Of a DNA stretch of 64,000 nt, positions 14,301-41,239 are shown piece by piece. Source of the DNA: Tubiluchus corallicola (Eukaryota; Animalia; Priapulida); assembly GCA_030141605.1 (NCBI GenBank), contig JAQGDQ010000007.1:248001-312000 (forward strand), in the 5' to 3' direction. Position numbers and translations under genes: made by a program. Positions within the stretch are counted from its first letter, which is position 1; the number at the start of each line of letters is the position of its first letter. The notes below the pieces were generated by a model, which was not told the DNA's origin, did not search any database, and worked only from the letters and a program-made list of their open reading frames with translations.

Positions 14301-17300
14301 ATCCATTCACCAAGTACAATTTCAAGACTGTTGACATGTCTAGCTTCCATTGACATAATTTTATTTTTGGCTTTAAAGTCTAGCTTAATGATTTTAAATT
14401 TACTAGTTTTTGTACCAGTTTATAATCTTTCTTGTCGATAGCTGTCTCCATCCTATGACTAACTTACTTTTACTGACACTGTTTACTGATTGGTATCACC
14501 AACTGCTAGTGTGGTATTCGACTAACACAATATATAGTGGTAGCTACAAGAAAAAATTTGTAAAATCTGTTAGTAAAGTGCTGGTGACATGTGTTTAAAG
14601 ACCATTTTCGATGATATTGCATTACTGTAGTCACAGTATTATCATTAGGTTGAAAAAATCTGTGGTTCTGACGTTGGAAAGTGGTCTGACAGTTGGAGTT
14701 GTAGGTTACACAAACGTGAAAACACCTGAACAGTCGTCTTCTGGTGAGTAACAAAAAACTTGAGCTCTTCCTGTAATTATTATAAGATAAGGTAAGATAA
14801 GATGAGATGAGATGAGATGAGACGAGACGAGATGAGACGAGACGAGACGAGACGAGACGAGACGAGACGAGATGAGATGAGATGAGATGAGATGAGATGA
14901 GATGAGATGAGATGAGATGACATTACAAATACATTACAATTAACTAAAATAACGCTCCTGATAAAAACTTTAAGGTGACCTTTGCTACTGTTTCATAATT
15001 ATTTAATATTAACTTAATTTATTATTGTTAAAAATAGTTATTGTTATTATTGTTAAGAATAATTGCCAATAATATTGCTACTGCTTCTTAATTCATTTAA
15101 CTAAAAACCCTATACTTTAGCCTCACTGTATTTTTAGAGAATTAAAACGCATGACTGTACGCTGTAAAAGCTTTTTTGTTAAAAACCAGACGATTTGTCT
15201 GCTTTCTTTGGGCAGCAATAGTGCATAAGCTTATACATTTTTATTCAGTCAACATTAGTTCCATGAATCCATACGTTAGCTAATAACATACGTTATGCAG
15301 TTATAGGCCAATGGGCCGTAACTGATGTTCGCATACGCTTATAAAAAATATTAAGGGTCAGAAGTTGTACATACAGTATAGGCTTTTAGTTACCAATGTA
15401 GCATGCCACAAATGGAAAAAGAATTTGCTGCAGCTTGCGATAACCTTTTTCTGATTCTGCTTATTCATTCAGGTAAATTAAGATTTAGGCCTGTCATAGA
15501 AAGCCTAAAGGAACAAGTGAAATTGCTGAAAGCTGATCCTAGAGTTAAGATCATAATAGCGCTAGGCGACGACGATTTTGCCATAGATAAGGAAATCGCA
15601 CGTCTTGTGGAGGGAGTGGACCTAGTAGTTGGTGGTGATTCCAGAATATTCTTATGGCCTGAAGCGGGTATGTCTTTGCATTACTGTCATCAGTTTTTCT
15701 TTGCCTCATCTTTTTCTGTTCCCTAAAATCGCACTAAAATCTTTGGTCTACACTTTTTCTTTTTGTTAACCAGCTTCCTCTTTTTTCTCCTCCACAATCT
15801 GGTTATCATAATTTTGCATCAGATCTTTTCTTCGTTATTGTTGCTTCTCTGCTCTATCACAGTTTCTCGTCTTTATTTACTCTTCATATTTCTTTCTTTG
15901 TTTTGCATTTCACTCATATTACGGATTATGTTACTCCTTTTCTCAATGTTCTTTTTGTTTTATTTGCTTCAATTTTTTCTTATTCTTCATTATTTTTTCT
16001 TACAGTTTTGCTGCTGCTTTGATGCTTTGTTGCTTTAGTTCTTCCTTGTGCTTCCTTCTTTTCTCCTGTTTTCTGAGGCTCTTCATTTAGAGCAGGCGTT
16101 TTGTGACTATGACAGTTGTGAACGTTATATTAGTGAAACATCTTATTACAGAAAACAGAAACATCTTATTACATCATATCCTGTTTTAATGAAAAGAGGT
16201 TTTCAATTCATCATTTTTTTTCAAGAACCACCTCCTTCAGTCGAAGTTCCTCAATATAACTATCCCTACGTTGTTAAGAATGTAGAATCTGGCATTGCAG
16301 TACCTATAGTCAACGCTAATAAAGGCGGAAAGTACCTTGGCCAAATCAGACTGACATTCAACGATGAGGGCGAATTGATTAAATATCACGGGGCGCCAAT
16401 AGCTTTGGACAAAAATGTTGAACAAGGTACGCATTCCTATTATCCGAAACAGAACGTTCTTATTCTTGCTAAATGTCAAAAGGAGGTTTCAGGAAACTAA
16501 CATAGTTTCACGCTTTTTCTAAAGCGTTTTCTAAACAGAAGCAAAAAGAAACAGATGTAGTGAAACAAACATCTTTATATTTTCAAAGTCTATATAAAAT
16601 TCTTGGTAGCAACAAAATTTCGGACATTGATACTTAAAGAAAATGAACATGTGTTTCAAATTACACATAGTTTTAGTTCATAAGCAGGTCTGCCACTTTG
16701 GCTGTAAAGAAATGAACGTACATTTTTTTTATATTACACATCCCAAACGCATTTTCAGATCCTGACGTTTTAGAGGAACTAAAACCTTGGCGAAAGAAAG
16801 CATCAAAGACGTCAAAAAATCAGATTGGACGGACGAACGTCTATCTTGAGGGTGACATGAAAATATGTCATTTACGAGTAAGTTACGCAGAAGTGAGGAG
16901 CAAGTTGAAAAGATTGTGCTCAATTATGTTTTTGTAGCTACCCAACAATTATAGTAAATATACTGCAACATTGTATTAAACCTATATGACAACATGAAGC
17001 CTGGTCAACGAATGGATAGGTGACTCTATATTTAATATTAATTCAGTGCAGTTTCGTTAAACCTTTTCTCGCATTTTGGGAGCTCTACCATATAGACACA
17101 TCAAAGCATGATGGTCCAGCTTCTGAGTACAGAGGATTATCCTTGATATTAAAATAGGTGCCGTTCCTGCTACAGTTACCTACAATGAGTGCTAACTTTG
17201 AAATATCTAAAATCTTATAAAAACACTGTTCTTTATTGGCTGCTTGTATTTTTTGAAGCCAGCATGTTGTACCAAGACTAGGCAGCACTGCTTTTAATTT

Positions 17301-19664
17301 AGTGTTATTGTATTCCTAGCTGTAGAATTGAACCCAAACCTGCGATATGGAAGGCAAACACGTCTCCTCTCAGATATTACTATGGTAAATACATGTTCTT
17401 GTATCTGGTTAGGAATGCAATTTGGGTAATCTAGTAACTGATGCGGCAATATACAAGAACATTTGGAACAAAGAAGGTGATGAATGGAATGAAGTTGCCA
17501 TAGCACTGTACAACAGTGGAGGTATCAAAGGCTCTGTGGATGAGAAAGAAAACAAAGGTGAAATGATACGTAATTGAATTTATTTCTTCTTTCATAAAAC
17601 ACTACAAGCGTATTTTGCAGGCAAGGAACAAATTCATTTGACTTGATTACCGAGATTACTATAACTTTTTCAGTAGCTAACTATACTAATACTGATTTTC
17701 TTGTATCGTCACCAGTTTTTGTCTTTTATGCTTTTTGTTAGATCCAAATAGTAACCCTGAGCAAACTGCTCAAATAGTTAATTTAAATCAAGGGCCTCCT
17801 ATTTTACGTAAACCTTCAGAGTGCACAGTGACTATAAAACAAGTTATGAAAACATTTTCCACTATTTTGTCATGGATTGTAATTATACTGTGTAATGTAT
17901 AACGAGAAAACTATAAAGGTACATTCACACAGGGGTATTGACAGTGGGACATATGTACACATTATTCCCATTTGGAAACATATTTGAGAAGATCAGTTTA
18001 AGAGGAGAATGTCTGAAACAAGTTATGGAACATTCTGTGAGTAAAATGGACCGCGAGAGTCCATCTGGCCGATTCCTCCAAATGTCAGGTTTGTATGCAC
18101 GCTTTCCAGTTACTACAGTTTATTTTAGAGATGCCTGCTTATTCCATTAGCAGTAGTTTTCTTTATTGATTTCAACTTAAAGAACTAAAATGGAAGCAGT
18201 AAAATGCTTGAATAGACAGGTCCTGCTTGGTCATTTCTTGTAAAGTTAATGGTTTCTTAAAGAATATTGTAGGAAGTATTTACTGTTGTCACGGAATCCG
18301 TTTTTGAAATACACATTGTTAGGCAGAACTAGTTATACGTTAGAATGAAACCATAACAGCATGTATAAAGCAGATCCATTTATTGGACATGACCCATTTA
18401 ACCATCTATTTGTTCCATGATGGACATATTTGAAGGTCTTGTTGGACGAATGAAAAATCATTATTATTGCTTTTATTGCCACTAGTGCTTTTAGATGGGC
18501 CACCTCAATTAACGCATACATTTTCCATAGGAATGAGAGTGAAGTATGATCTACGGAAGCCTGTAGGATCTCGTGTTGTGGACATAAGTGTGATGTGCAC
18601 AAGATGCCGGGTCCCTAAATATGAACCTCTAGACCCTCGACGTGTCTACCGTATTCTAGTGAATAACTACTTGATAGCTGGTGGAGACGATTATGATATA
18701 ATAAAAAACAATCATACAGATAGAGTTAACACAGGTATAAGATACAAAATCATTAATATATTAAAAGCTAGAAAAAGCCAAAGACGAGGTTAAGTTCATA
18801 TAACTGCCTAATAACTAAGGATGAGGATGTTACTACATAATAAATGATAATTACAAAGGCAGAGTTATTAATATTACAGGCATAAGATACACATCAATCT
18901 TTATTATCTATTTTTGGCTCTGAAGCCCTAGAATATTTTATGGATTTGAGATTAATAAATTATCATGATCACAAACACGAAGACAAGGCTAATGTGTCAC
19001 AGGTATGAAAAGCAAGATCACTGAAGCTGGGATATGTCAAAATTATCAAAGGTCAAAAGTTACGTTAAACATGAAGAAAAATTCTTTTATCTCATAATTA
19101 GTCTACAGGTGGCGATAAATAAGTGGAACGGCACTATAACAGTCAGTTTTGACAAAAATACAAAATGTTTAAAACTAGGTCGAAATCGACAAAGGTCAAA
19201 AGTAATGTCAAAGTCACATTAGCTCAACCAAACGATTGAGCAATATGTTAACAGGATCCCTATGTAAAAAGTGTTTTTTTAGTTTTAAAGACATTCTATG
19301 CTTTTCGACTTCAAAAAGAAAAAAGAGTAGGAGAGCGGAAAATGCTAACAATGAAGCTATCGTCATTTAGTAACGTGTCAAGAATAGCTCGTGATTACAT
19401 GCATTTACTTTGTTTTTAGGTAATATTGTCGCTGTAGTTTTAGCAAAATACATAGAGCGCATGTCACCAATTATACAAGGCTTGGAGGGAAGGATAAAGT
19501 TTGTGGATAGCAGCGCCGCCGCCGCCGAGAAAAATTGTAAAAGACAAAATTTTAGCCGCCCACCTCCCACTGAGGCTACCATATCGGGAAATTGTCGGCC
19601 GTCTATAAAACTTGCAGTCACAGCAATCATACTAAAAATAGCAGTATATCTTCTACAATTGTAA
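11323..19664 (+). CDS. CD73/ecto-5'-nucleotidase-fold protein, paralogue 1 (~650 aa; signal peptide, acidic Tyr-rich insert, probable GPI signal, non-canonical metal site); exons 11323-11517, 12759-13034, 13782-13903, 14649-14743, 15473-15667, 16226-16426, 16759-16877, 17413-17557, 17933-18088, 18531-18734, 19420-19664
   Basis: 11 GT-AG exons give 1953 nt in frame with no stops. Family motifs LHTND, CWGG, DAG, GNHDFD, GKYLG, ECNLGN, PFGN, GRFLQMSG, GSRVV, GGDDY and EGRI are present. The start is taken at MIVVWELLTFW; in-frame upstream ATGs exist. Confidence 0.93.
14785..14920. repeat. (GAGAT/GAGAC)n pentanucleotide microsatellite
   Basis: Seen directly in intron 4 of paralogue 1. Confidence 0.95.
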
Positions 19665-21596
19665 ATTCCAACAACACTGAGTTTCTGGTTACAACGCTGA
19701 GGTTATACAGCTGCAGTGCAACAAGACGTAATGACGCCAGTCGACTTTGTGGTATGTCAAAGACAAAATTTATTTACCGTCGCTCGTTTAACAGACAACA
19801 TTAGCACTAACGGCTATTTAGCGACTTACATTTACAATAATACAGGAATGGACACAAAACACAAATAATGAATATCATGTGGCGTATATGCCCTGGCATT
19901 GGCAGCCGCTAGATTCGAATTCAAAACGGCGAGATTGCAGTCTAAAATCAAGACCACTTAGGAACACAACCCTTGACAAGAGATGTCATTGAATGTGCGG
20001 GCTGTGTAATTTGTTTGGTAGACAACATTTGGAAAATCGGAACTCTATGACTACGTCCAGTCATTTTAACTTCGAGTATGTATTAAGTACATATTCTCAT
20101 TTGACATTTACCTATTAAAACATTAAGCAAATTCCAAACCCCTAAAGACATAGACATCTGTCCACAACGTAAGTATCAAAGCAGAACTTTGTTAAAGCAT
20201 TTTAGTTTAAAATTTGGCATTGCTTACACAAGGTATGACTGCAATTCAGTGATACCACACACTACCAAGTCTGCTACATGCAAAGAAGACCAACTCATTG
20301 AGCTCACAGAATGACGTGCACAGACAGGCTCAGCTAGATCCGTTTAGGTCACAGGATGTTTTCTAATCTGGAGTTGCAAAAGTTGTTGAAACCACTATAC
20401 CTGTTTAGATATTTAGCTCTAGTATGCTCACTAACTTATGACATCCAGTAGTACAAGCAAGTGCACCACACTGTTTGTGGTCAAGAAAAGGCAACAGATT
20501 GGTAATTCTGGTGTTGAGATCAGGAACTAAAACAGTGATACGTATTTCTCTCTTACGAATTTGTTGCGGAGATAGTTGCTACTTCTCTACTTGTGGCACA
20601 ATAAAATAACGTTACAATATTTTGTGTAGCCAAGTAAAGAATTCTATTGTATTCTAGAATACTCCTACGCTCACTCTTATGTCAGTATTAGATATTGGGC
20701 CTGAGCTGTTCACATATTGCTTATTTCACATATTTCTCCAGTGTGTACAAATGTCTGACGATTCGTCATTTGTAATAAGGAGTTTTTTAACATTTATAAT
20801 CATGTTACTGTAATTGCTGTTATTACCCGATTAACCAATGATTTATTTATGTAAAAAGAAATTGTTAAGATGCTGTGAATTAGTACTATTTATTTGTGTA
20901 AATGTTTTGTTAAGGTATGCAAGCATTGTCGATTTATACTGTGGTGACTACATTATGTGTACTTTGTAGAAATAAATTTATTGTTGTTATATTTTACTAT
21001 TTTATAAATAGACAAATTTACAGACTATTGTTTTATAGCTATTAAATAACACGTGTATTTTTATTACAGTTATAATAACGTAATTATTGATTCGAAATAA
21101 ATTGTTGTTCCTGTATAGTACTAGTTACCGTCGTTGTTCTAGTTGTTGTTTTGATGTTTGAAAGGATTAAGTTCAAATTCATTTTGACTACTGTTTAAGA
21201 ACAACTTTTTCACAAACTATGAGGTATGGTTGCTAGTCAGTAGAAGGTATGATAACCGAGCTTTGACTTAGTTCTATTGTGAATGAAACTGCCTATGGCG
21301 TCCTTAATAACCTTTGAAGTTGGTCAGTTAAACAGTTATAACTGCACTAAATTTTTGCACAATTCATTATTCATTACTAGCCGTCGAAATAATTAAACCA
21401 TCTTAACTACAGTGACATAATTATGCAAATTAAACGCGCTTTTCAAAAAAAAAACGTTAAAAGAGAACGTTCAGAATATCCATTGTTGTTTTATCCTGGG
21501 AGTGTAATTGTAAATTTGCATAAGAAATAGGTGCAATGTTGACGTAATGATTGACTGATAAGCACTTGAAAAGTGGCGTAAATTTCCACCGTAAGC

Positions 21597-21900
21597 CAGG
21601 GCCGGACTATCCTATAGGTTACAGCCTACCTACAAGGCCTTGAAGCTTGGGGACCTTAAGGTAACATTTGGAAAAATCTCCTTTCAACTACGGTTGTGTT
21701 GAAATATGTGCTAACTGCTAACTTGATTTGCAAGCAAATAAATAATAAGATAGTGGTATTTCTTTAAGAACATTTTTATTCACAAACAAAAGATAGCTAT
21801 TCTAGTTTATTTAAAGAATTTGTTATAAGTTTACTTCAAGTTATGTAAATATCGCTAAAATATAACTGTGAGTAAAAAATATTCATGTCGGGTGCAGGCG
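21597..21900 (-). mobile_element. Partial inverted copy of the hAT MITE at 31028-31380
   Basis: Begins CAGGGCCGGACTATC. Internal GTATTTCTTTAAGAA and TTTAAAGAATTTG match the reverse complement of the 31.0-31.4 kb element. Confidence 0.65.
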
Positions 21901-22270
21901 AGTTACTGAACGGTCCTCTGAGGTGCCATCATTTCATTAGCCCCATGAGGTAATGACCATAACTATTAATTCTTTTTAGCTAGACCAATAATCTCCGGAT
22001 TACATCAATGAGTCCGAATGAGCAAGAATCGAGATGTCCCTATTCAGGCTTATTGCCCATGCGCAAGCAAGACTGTAGGGTGTTTTGTAAGCAACCAATC
22101 AGAGTCTTTACACATGCGCGTCATGCATTTAGTTAAAACAATGAACCAATCAAATGCGCACACCTCCCTGCAAAAACATTGCCTTGTTGCAAGCGTGTAA
22201 AAATTATATCTACTGTTCTTTGTTCTTTTAGTTTTAGATTTTATCGTTCAAAAAAGGTCATAAATTTAAG

Positions 22271-35033
<12,763 letters not shown>

Positions 35034-36272
35034 AAAACAGGCATCCTTTGAATGTACAACCGCCAACTTAGTTGAAAACAGCTATCAATCAATAAGTCCA
35101 ACTGGTTACTGTTATATCGATTTCCTGATAATCTGAATTTTGTGATCTGGTGTACTCACAGATTTAATTTGATCGAAATTTTAGTCTTTGCAAACGACAT
35201 GCACTTTTCTCAGTGGCTGTAAGGATACATAAAAAGCAATTTCCTTGCAACTCAGTTTAAATTATCAAATATAATTTTAATAATCATGTTCATTAGGTGT
35301 TTTGCAATTTGTATTGTGCTTCCACAGTTCTAGATCTTATTGGTTTTTGGCAGTTTCTTAATTAAATTGTGAAGTTTTTGTTATAATTTAAGATCGTTGG
35401 TTAATTTGGTAATTAGGTAAGCTTAGTTTATGTCACACACAAGGTAAAACATGTTCTGTAAACTACCAAGTTAATTCTTTAATGTTGTTGGCAACTTCAA
35501 ACAAAATGTTTGAATTTCTAAATAAAGTAATTGAATGTTGCATACCGCATGTACTGTTTTCATTCCCTTTACAAAGATATTAAAATGATTTAATAAAATC
35601 AATAAAAGAATTAAAGAAGCTAAATTTACAGGCAGACTCGAGCAAGGCAGCAAGTACCATAAAACTTATCAAATTCAGGAATTGAACACGCCAATGTTCC
35701 AGATTTTTAGTCCACAGGTAGAGCCCAATTGCTGAACAAAATCTAACGTTGTAAAATGTCGAAAAACTAGATCAGTTCCTTCCTTCCAATTTAATTTACA
35801 ATCTGCTTATATTGCTTCGTGAAACCTTAAAATTCTGCTAAGATGCCCAAACTTAATCACTCGGTGAATTAACGTAACACCCTGTTCCCTGAAACCGTAC
35901 GTTACCCTGTTCCCTGAAACCGTACGTTACCCTGATCCCCTTGACACACTCGGCTAGAATACAAATTAAGACAGCGAATTCTTAGGCAAAGATGGAGAAG
36001 CAAACAAAGAAAAAGAAACTTTATTTAATGTCGGCTTGCAGTACAAAGAACATTAGTCCGTAAAGACTATTTTCTGACATAAATACAAACCTAGTATTTT
36101 GAATAAAGATATTACCTAATTAAAATGCATTAAATTACTGTAACCTAACGAATACTTAATTAAAATAAAAGCATACAAAAAAGTTCATTTATAAAATTAA
36201 GAGAGAGACGGTTAAAAGAAAAAAATAACTAGTACTCAAGTGAAAAAATACATTAAATACGTACATAATAGT

Positions 36273-36701
36273 TGTGAAAGTTATTTGTGAAGTCGAAATT
36301 GAACACTGGTAGAAAACAACTAAACACTAGATTGCATGTTTGCACAAAAACTGGAACACTTTTATTACACTAAATACACAGTAAAATGCACAAGTAAAAT
36401 GAAGATAATAAGTTGCACAGCACTGAGTGTGTGACAGAGAGACAATGTGTCCCATGAGTTGCACGACTGCACTGCCTGAGACAGAGAGTGACTAGCAGTG
36501 AAATCTAGCCAGTTTATATAGGTTGAGAAGTATGCAAGAACATGGCTTCACATATCCCATTACAGTAAAATAGGGGAGATACAGTGAGTTTGAATATTCA
36601 CTGGACCGAACAATTGTGATAAGGGGTGAATTGAACTAGTAAATGTTAAAGTAACGAATCAATAGATGGCAGCACCTAAATATACAGTTACAACTTTCAC
36701 A
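36273..36701 (-). mobile_element. Solo LTR of an LTR retrotransposon
   Basis: TGTGAAAGTT...AACTTTCACA termini with 5-bp TSD ATAGT on both sides. TATATAAA (~36513-36520) and AATAAA (~36362) lie on the minus strand. Confidence 0.85.
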
Positions 36702-37059
36702 ATAGTAGTAATAGTAGTGGTAGTAAATCTCCAGTAGTTATAATATAACTTTTGAGACAAATAGTTCTTTGACTGTAATTGCAACAAATTGCACATACAT
36801 TAGATTGTCATCAACACCTAGGTGGCTCCACTGGCATGTTTTTTCACTATAATATGTAATCCAGCATGCCTATGTAATAGGCGTGTTCCAATTAGCACGA
36901 TGATTAAACTTCGATGAATGATGTTTATAGTGTCTATCTAATTTTGATTTAAATGAATTTACAGATGTTGCTCTTCTCACATCACAGGGCAATCTATTCC
37001 AGATATCTGGCATCGTACAAGAAAACGTTCGAGCGGCATTCAGTGAGACTCTTGGAAGG

Positions 37060-37372
37060 AGATATATAGCTCTTTAGAAAGAGGAAGAACAGCCATACGA
37101 TGATGTGAGCTGCATTTTAGGACGCTTCCTTACTGAGGAGCTGTGACGAGTTGATTTGCGGTTTCATTTTGCACAATTTTTGCTTGGGAAACTGCTGACG
37201 CAAAGCCATTGCTCTGACGTCATCCATTATACTCTGTCTATAACCTAATAACTTTAATTCAGTAAAAGCTGCTGCTCGCTTCGGGTTGTAAATGAGGCCT
37301 ATGTAGGATGTTCGTGTATTTTTGATTATAAGTGAATTTATACGCAAAATTTTTTTGCAGGACATTTGCTAG
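37060..37372 (+). mobile_element. Helitron-like element, 3' fragment (copy 2)
   Basis: ATATAGCTCTTTAGAAAGAGGAAGAACAG is shared with ~27011. Ends GCAAAATTTTTTTGCAGGACATTTGCTAG|T. Confidence 0.75.
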
Positions 37373-37720
37373 TTCTTTGTGATTTCAGCTATGTGATCTT
37401 TAAAATTTAGTTTATTATCAAATAATAATCCACTTGCATCATACATTTTGTATTTATACTCATAACCTGATCCCACGGATACAACCTTACACTTGTTGGG
37501 ATGGAACTGCATACCATTTTCGATTACCCAATCACAGAGCCCTTCTAGATCCAATTGAATATCATTACAGCTGGTAAAGGCATCAGATTCAGACAAGATT
37601 TTGCTGTTGTTAGGAAAAAGACGAAGAGAATTTCTCATGCAACTAGGCAAGTCATTTATAAATATCACAAATAAAATAAAATACCTATGAAATAACTTAC
37701 TACACACGTAGTAAGACACG
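37373..37720 (-). mobile_element. Degenerate LINE (CR1/L2-like) reverse transcriptase fragment
   Basis: LFVIFINDLP...LFPNNSKI (decayed FADD)...LEGLCDWVIENGMQFHPNKCKV...LKF-type C-terminal RT segment. Confidence 0.85.
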
Positions 37721-38155
37721 TAACTACAGAAGCAAATTGACTAAAAGTGCAAGACTCTTAAGTGAAACATATTTACTCGGTTAAAGTACACATTTCTGCA
37801 TTGCCATAATTATAAGAAATTTCAGAGACAAGACATAAAATTAAATTGATACATGTACGTAGTTAGTAGTTAAAAAGTAATTAAAGTAAAGTTAAAAGAT
37901 TAGTAATTAAAAAAGTAACCGTGATTTTTCTGTTTAAAAATTTTTCAAGGAATTGTTTTTTATGTGAAATGAGTGTTCTAGGAAAAAGATTTTTTTGGGG
38001 GAAAATTTTTATCGAATTTTTTTCTGGGAAGTTATTTTTTTGGGGAAATGGTTTTTCAGTGGAAAAAATTTTCTGGGAAACACTTTCTCTGAGGAAACGG
38101 ACCTGAATTGTTTATAACATGCATGCATAGTTTGCATACATCAAAGAAAAATTAT

Positions 38156-38600
38156 TAGTGCTGAACATTCTCTACCAAAAAGTGAATTCGAATCGAATTT
38201 GTGACTTGCGAATTTAAGCCTAATTGAATTTCGGTATTTTGAATGCGAATCGAATTCGAACTCCGTTTGAAAGGATTTGAACAAGTTTTCAAACCATCAG
38301 TAATAAGTGGTCTCACAGAGATTATTTATATTATTCGATTTTGTTCTGCAGTAAAATCACTATGTAATTGAGTTACAAATTGTGCACAGAAATTGCAGCT
38401 AAATTGTTGCTAAATTACAGCTGAAAAGGTTTCAGACGTTTTAATGATAAGGAATGTGTGTGGTTAAAGTTCTGAATTATTCGAATTCATAATTTTAAAT
38501 TAGAATCCAATTCGAACTAAAAATACTCGTTCAAGTCGAATGATGCAAATGTTTAATTCGATTCGAACCTTCGAACTCAAACGTTCGATGCGTACACCTA
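38156..38600 (-). mobile_element. hAT-type MITE rich in TTCGAA; inverted homologue of 63329-63735
   Basis: 8-bp TSD AAAATTAT (38148-38155 and 38601-38608); degenerate TIRs TAGTGCTGAACAT / ATGCGTACACCTA. Confidence 0.85.
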
Positions 38601-39279
38601 AAAATTATGACAATGTAAGATGCCAAATATCCCATTGTCCTAACGCAGAAGTCATAGATATTAGAGGTTGGTGTTTGGTGCATCAATCTTTGCATATTTC
38701 AGTGTTCTTTCTTTGTTCGCCATTTTGGCACGTGGAGGAAATGAAAAGTTATCCATTAGGATAAAAATAGTATTTTTTGGATCAGAAAACGGATTTGTAT
38801 AACTGAAGTAAGTATCTAAGCTACCGCAACTTACATTTAATTTAGATAATGGTGAAATTTAGCTTCAGGAGAAAATAAATGTCAGGTCGTCATACTCGTA
38901 GTACGGTTTGATGGAACATCGCGATTTAGCTAAGTCTGAAATCGATCGTACTCTTTCTTAGTTAATAAATTAAATTAATAATTGTTAAAAATATCAATAT
39001 ATTCGAAATAATTGATTAAATATAAATTATACATTCAATAAAATAAAATTTATAATTTGTGGGCCTTTTGCGTGAGCAATGTTAATTTATTTTTGAGATC
39101 TAATCTTTTGAATTTAAAAAGAGCAGCTTTTTAGACAATAAACACATAAATGAAAGTGATGTCTTAACGAAATGGTATGACATACCATAATGATATATCA
39201 TGATCTGCTGGCCTGAACTATTTATTGCAATACTGGTAGGGCTATAGTCAAGTATTATAGTACCACTCCATGTTTTGTA

Positions 39280-39952
39280 ATATGTGTGTGCTTGCAAACC
39301 AAAACCGACCGTAAGTCAGCATAGTTAAAACTATCTTATGATGCTTCAAAGTAGAAAACACCAAAAATTTGGTCAAATGTCGATTTTTTATTTTTTAAGA
39401 AAACAAACACTAAATATATTGGACTTTTATATTCTAGTATCAAATTATCAGGAAAATGTCCAAAAAAAATAATTAGAAATCTAATTTTATAACTCCTTAC
39501 CCACTTTTCTGTCTAGAAACTAGTACTGCAATTGTAAAAAAACTTGTATTTTCTAACTCCAATTGTAGCTCGTGTAAGCAACCATTTTGCTTCGTGTTTT
39601 TTCTGTTGACAAAACCAGTTCTTCAGGAAGAGCCATCTACTGGATATAAACGTAACTTCAATTTGCTCTTTTAAAATACATAGCAACAACAATTTCGTAC
39701 GGTTGCTAAGTATTTTGTAGAGGCGCGACAAAAAAGCGATAGCTAGCTTTACAGCGATTTTCTCAAGATTATGCTTTCCAGTGCATAGCCTGCACCTCCA
39801 CTTCAAAGTGGATTATCTCAGCTTAGAAATAACATAGAACAATGAGCTTGGTATCAAAATGATCCTCGTAAAATGGAGATTCAAGATATGTGAATAACTA
39901 GAACAGCTTAATTGCCGACTTATGGATGGTTTTGCTATGCAAGTACACATAT
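39280..39952. mobile_element. MITE with ~40-bp imperfect TIRs
   Basis: ATATGTGTGTGCTTGCAAACCAAAACCGACCGTAAGTCAGCA versus TGCCGACTTATGGATGGTTTTGCTATGCAAGTACACATAT. Confidence 0.7.
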
Positions 39953-40924
39953 GACTAATGCTGCTAAGTTTTCTCCCTCAAAAAATTTGTATTGTATACA
40001 ATACTGTATTGATTATTAAATTTGCTACGTGTTAAAACACTTGGTCGACAAAGTTTTTAATGACACCAAACCTAAATACTGCTGACGCAATAAGGGTTTA
40101 TTAAAAGCTTTTGTAACCCGGAGATTAAATTACATTGCATTAATTAAAATACTCTGAGGTTTATAATTGCAATTAAATTACATAACATTAAAACGACATT
40201 GCACAACATTAATTAAAATAGACTGAAGTTTAAATTACATTACATTTAACAGACAATAATTTGCGTTAACATTAATTTTATTAAAATTCATTATTATAAT
40301 ATCTCGTGTCACAGTGTAATAGCCCAAAAAGTTTCAAATCAATGAAAATTTCACGGATTTTTTTTAAAAATTCATTGAAATTCTCTGTGTGAAGTTAAAA
40401 GAGTGAGGGAAATCAACAAATCCTGTATTTGAGCTGATCATGTTCATGTGCACTGGTTCTTAGCACTTGCATAGTAGCCTGCGATATATGTATTGTGTTA
40501 TTTTTTGGATTGAATAAATAAGATTATTTTCATCGGAACTGCGCACCCATATTGTAACTTTAGTTTTGCATCAGCGTTATATTTTTGTTTTGTATTTGAA
40601 TCAATGCAAATGCAGTCAAACGTCTTTGTGCCCCCAAATTGGGACCACAAAAGCTGGCTTTATGACGCGGTTTGTTAAATTTTGCCAAAGACGAATCACA
40701 AAACAGTCAGACAAGTGTACACAGGTTAAAATCCCCAATTTATATTCTAAAAGTGAACGAATTAACAGGAAATTATTAAATCAATCGTGAACTAACAACA
40801 CACTCAACGTGTCGTGTGCTGGAGGCGGTGTGACGTGTTATTTTTATATGCATTTGAATACAACTGTTTCGTTCCTGGCCATTTTATAAGTGGTAAACGC
40901 GTTTGGCAATTCTACAAGAGGCTG

Positions 40925-40975
40925 TATAATGAGGTTTGACTATAGTTCATCTTTTTGTAGCTGCATTGGTCAAAT
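40925..40975 (+). promoter_or_regulatory. RPL41 core promoter: TCT initiator/5'TOP and short non-coding exon 1 (~40951-40975)
   Basis: TCTTTTT at 40950-40956 fits the ribosomal-protein TCT motif. TATAAT lies ~26 nt upstream and a GTAAGC donor starts at 40976. Confidence 0.65.
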
Positions 40976-41239
40976 GTAAGCTTCCATTCCATAATTTTGA
41001 AACGAATTATAAATTTTAATTACTTAAAGTTAAGGGGACATTTTGAATTTTCTTAATAGCTACATAGCATCAGAGACATGCTTTGCACTGTTTAGTGTCA
41101 GTATAGACTAATCAGGATTTTCATTTCAAAAATAAGCTTTTTTATACATATGCGCTAATAAGTAGGCCTAATCCTAACTAATGGTTCTGTGGGAGTAATG
41201 TTGAACATTTTTTCTTTTGTTTCAGATTTCTGTAGCAAG

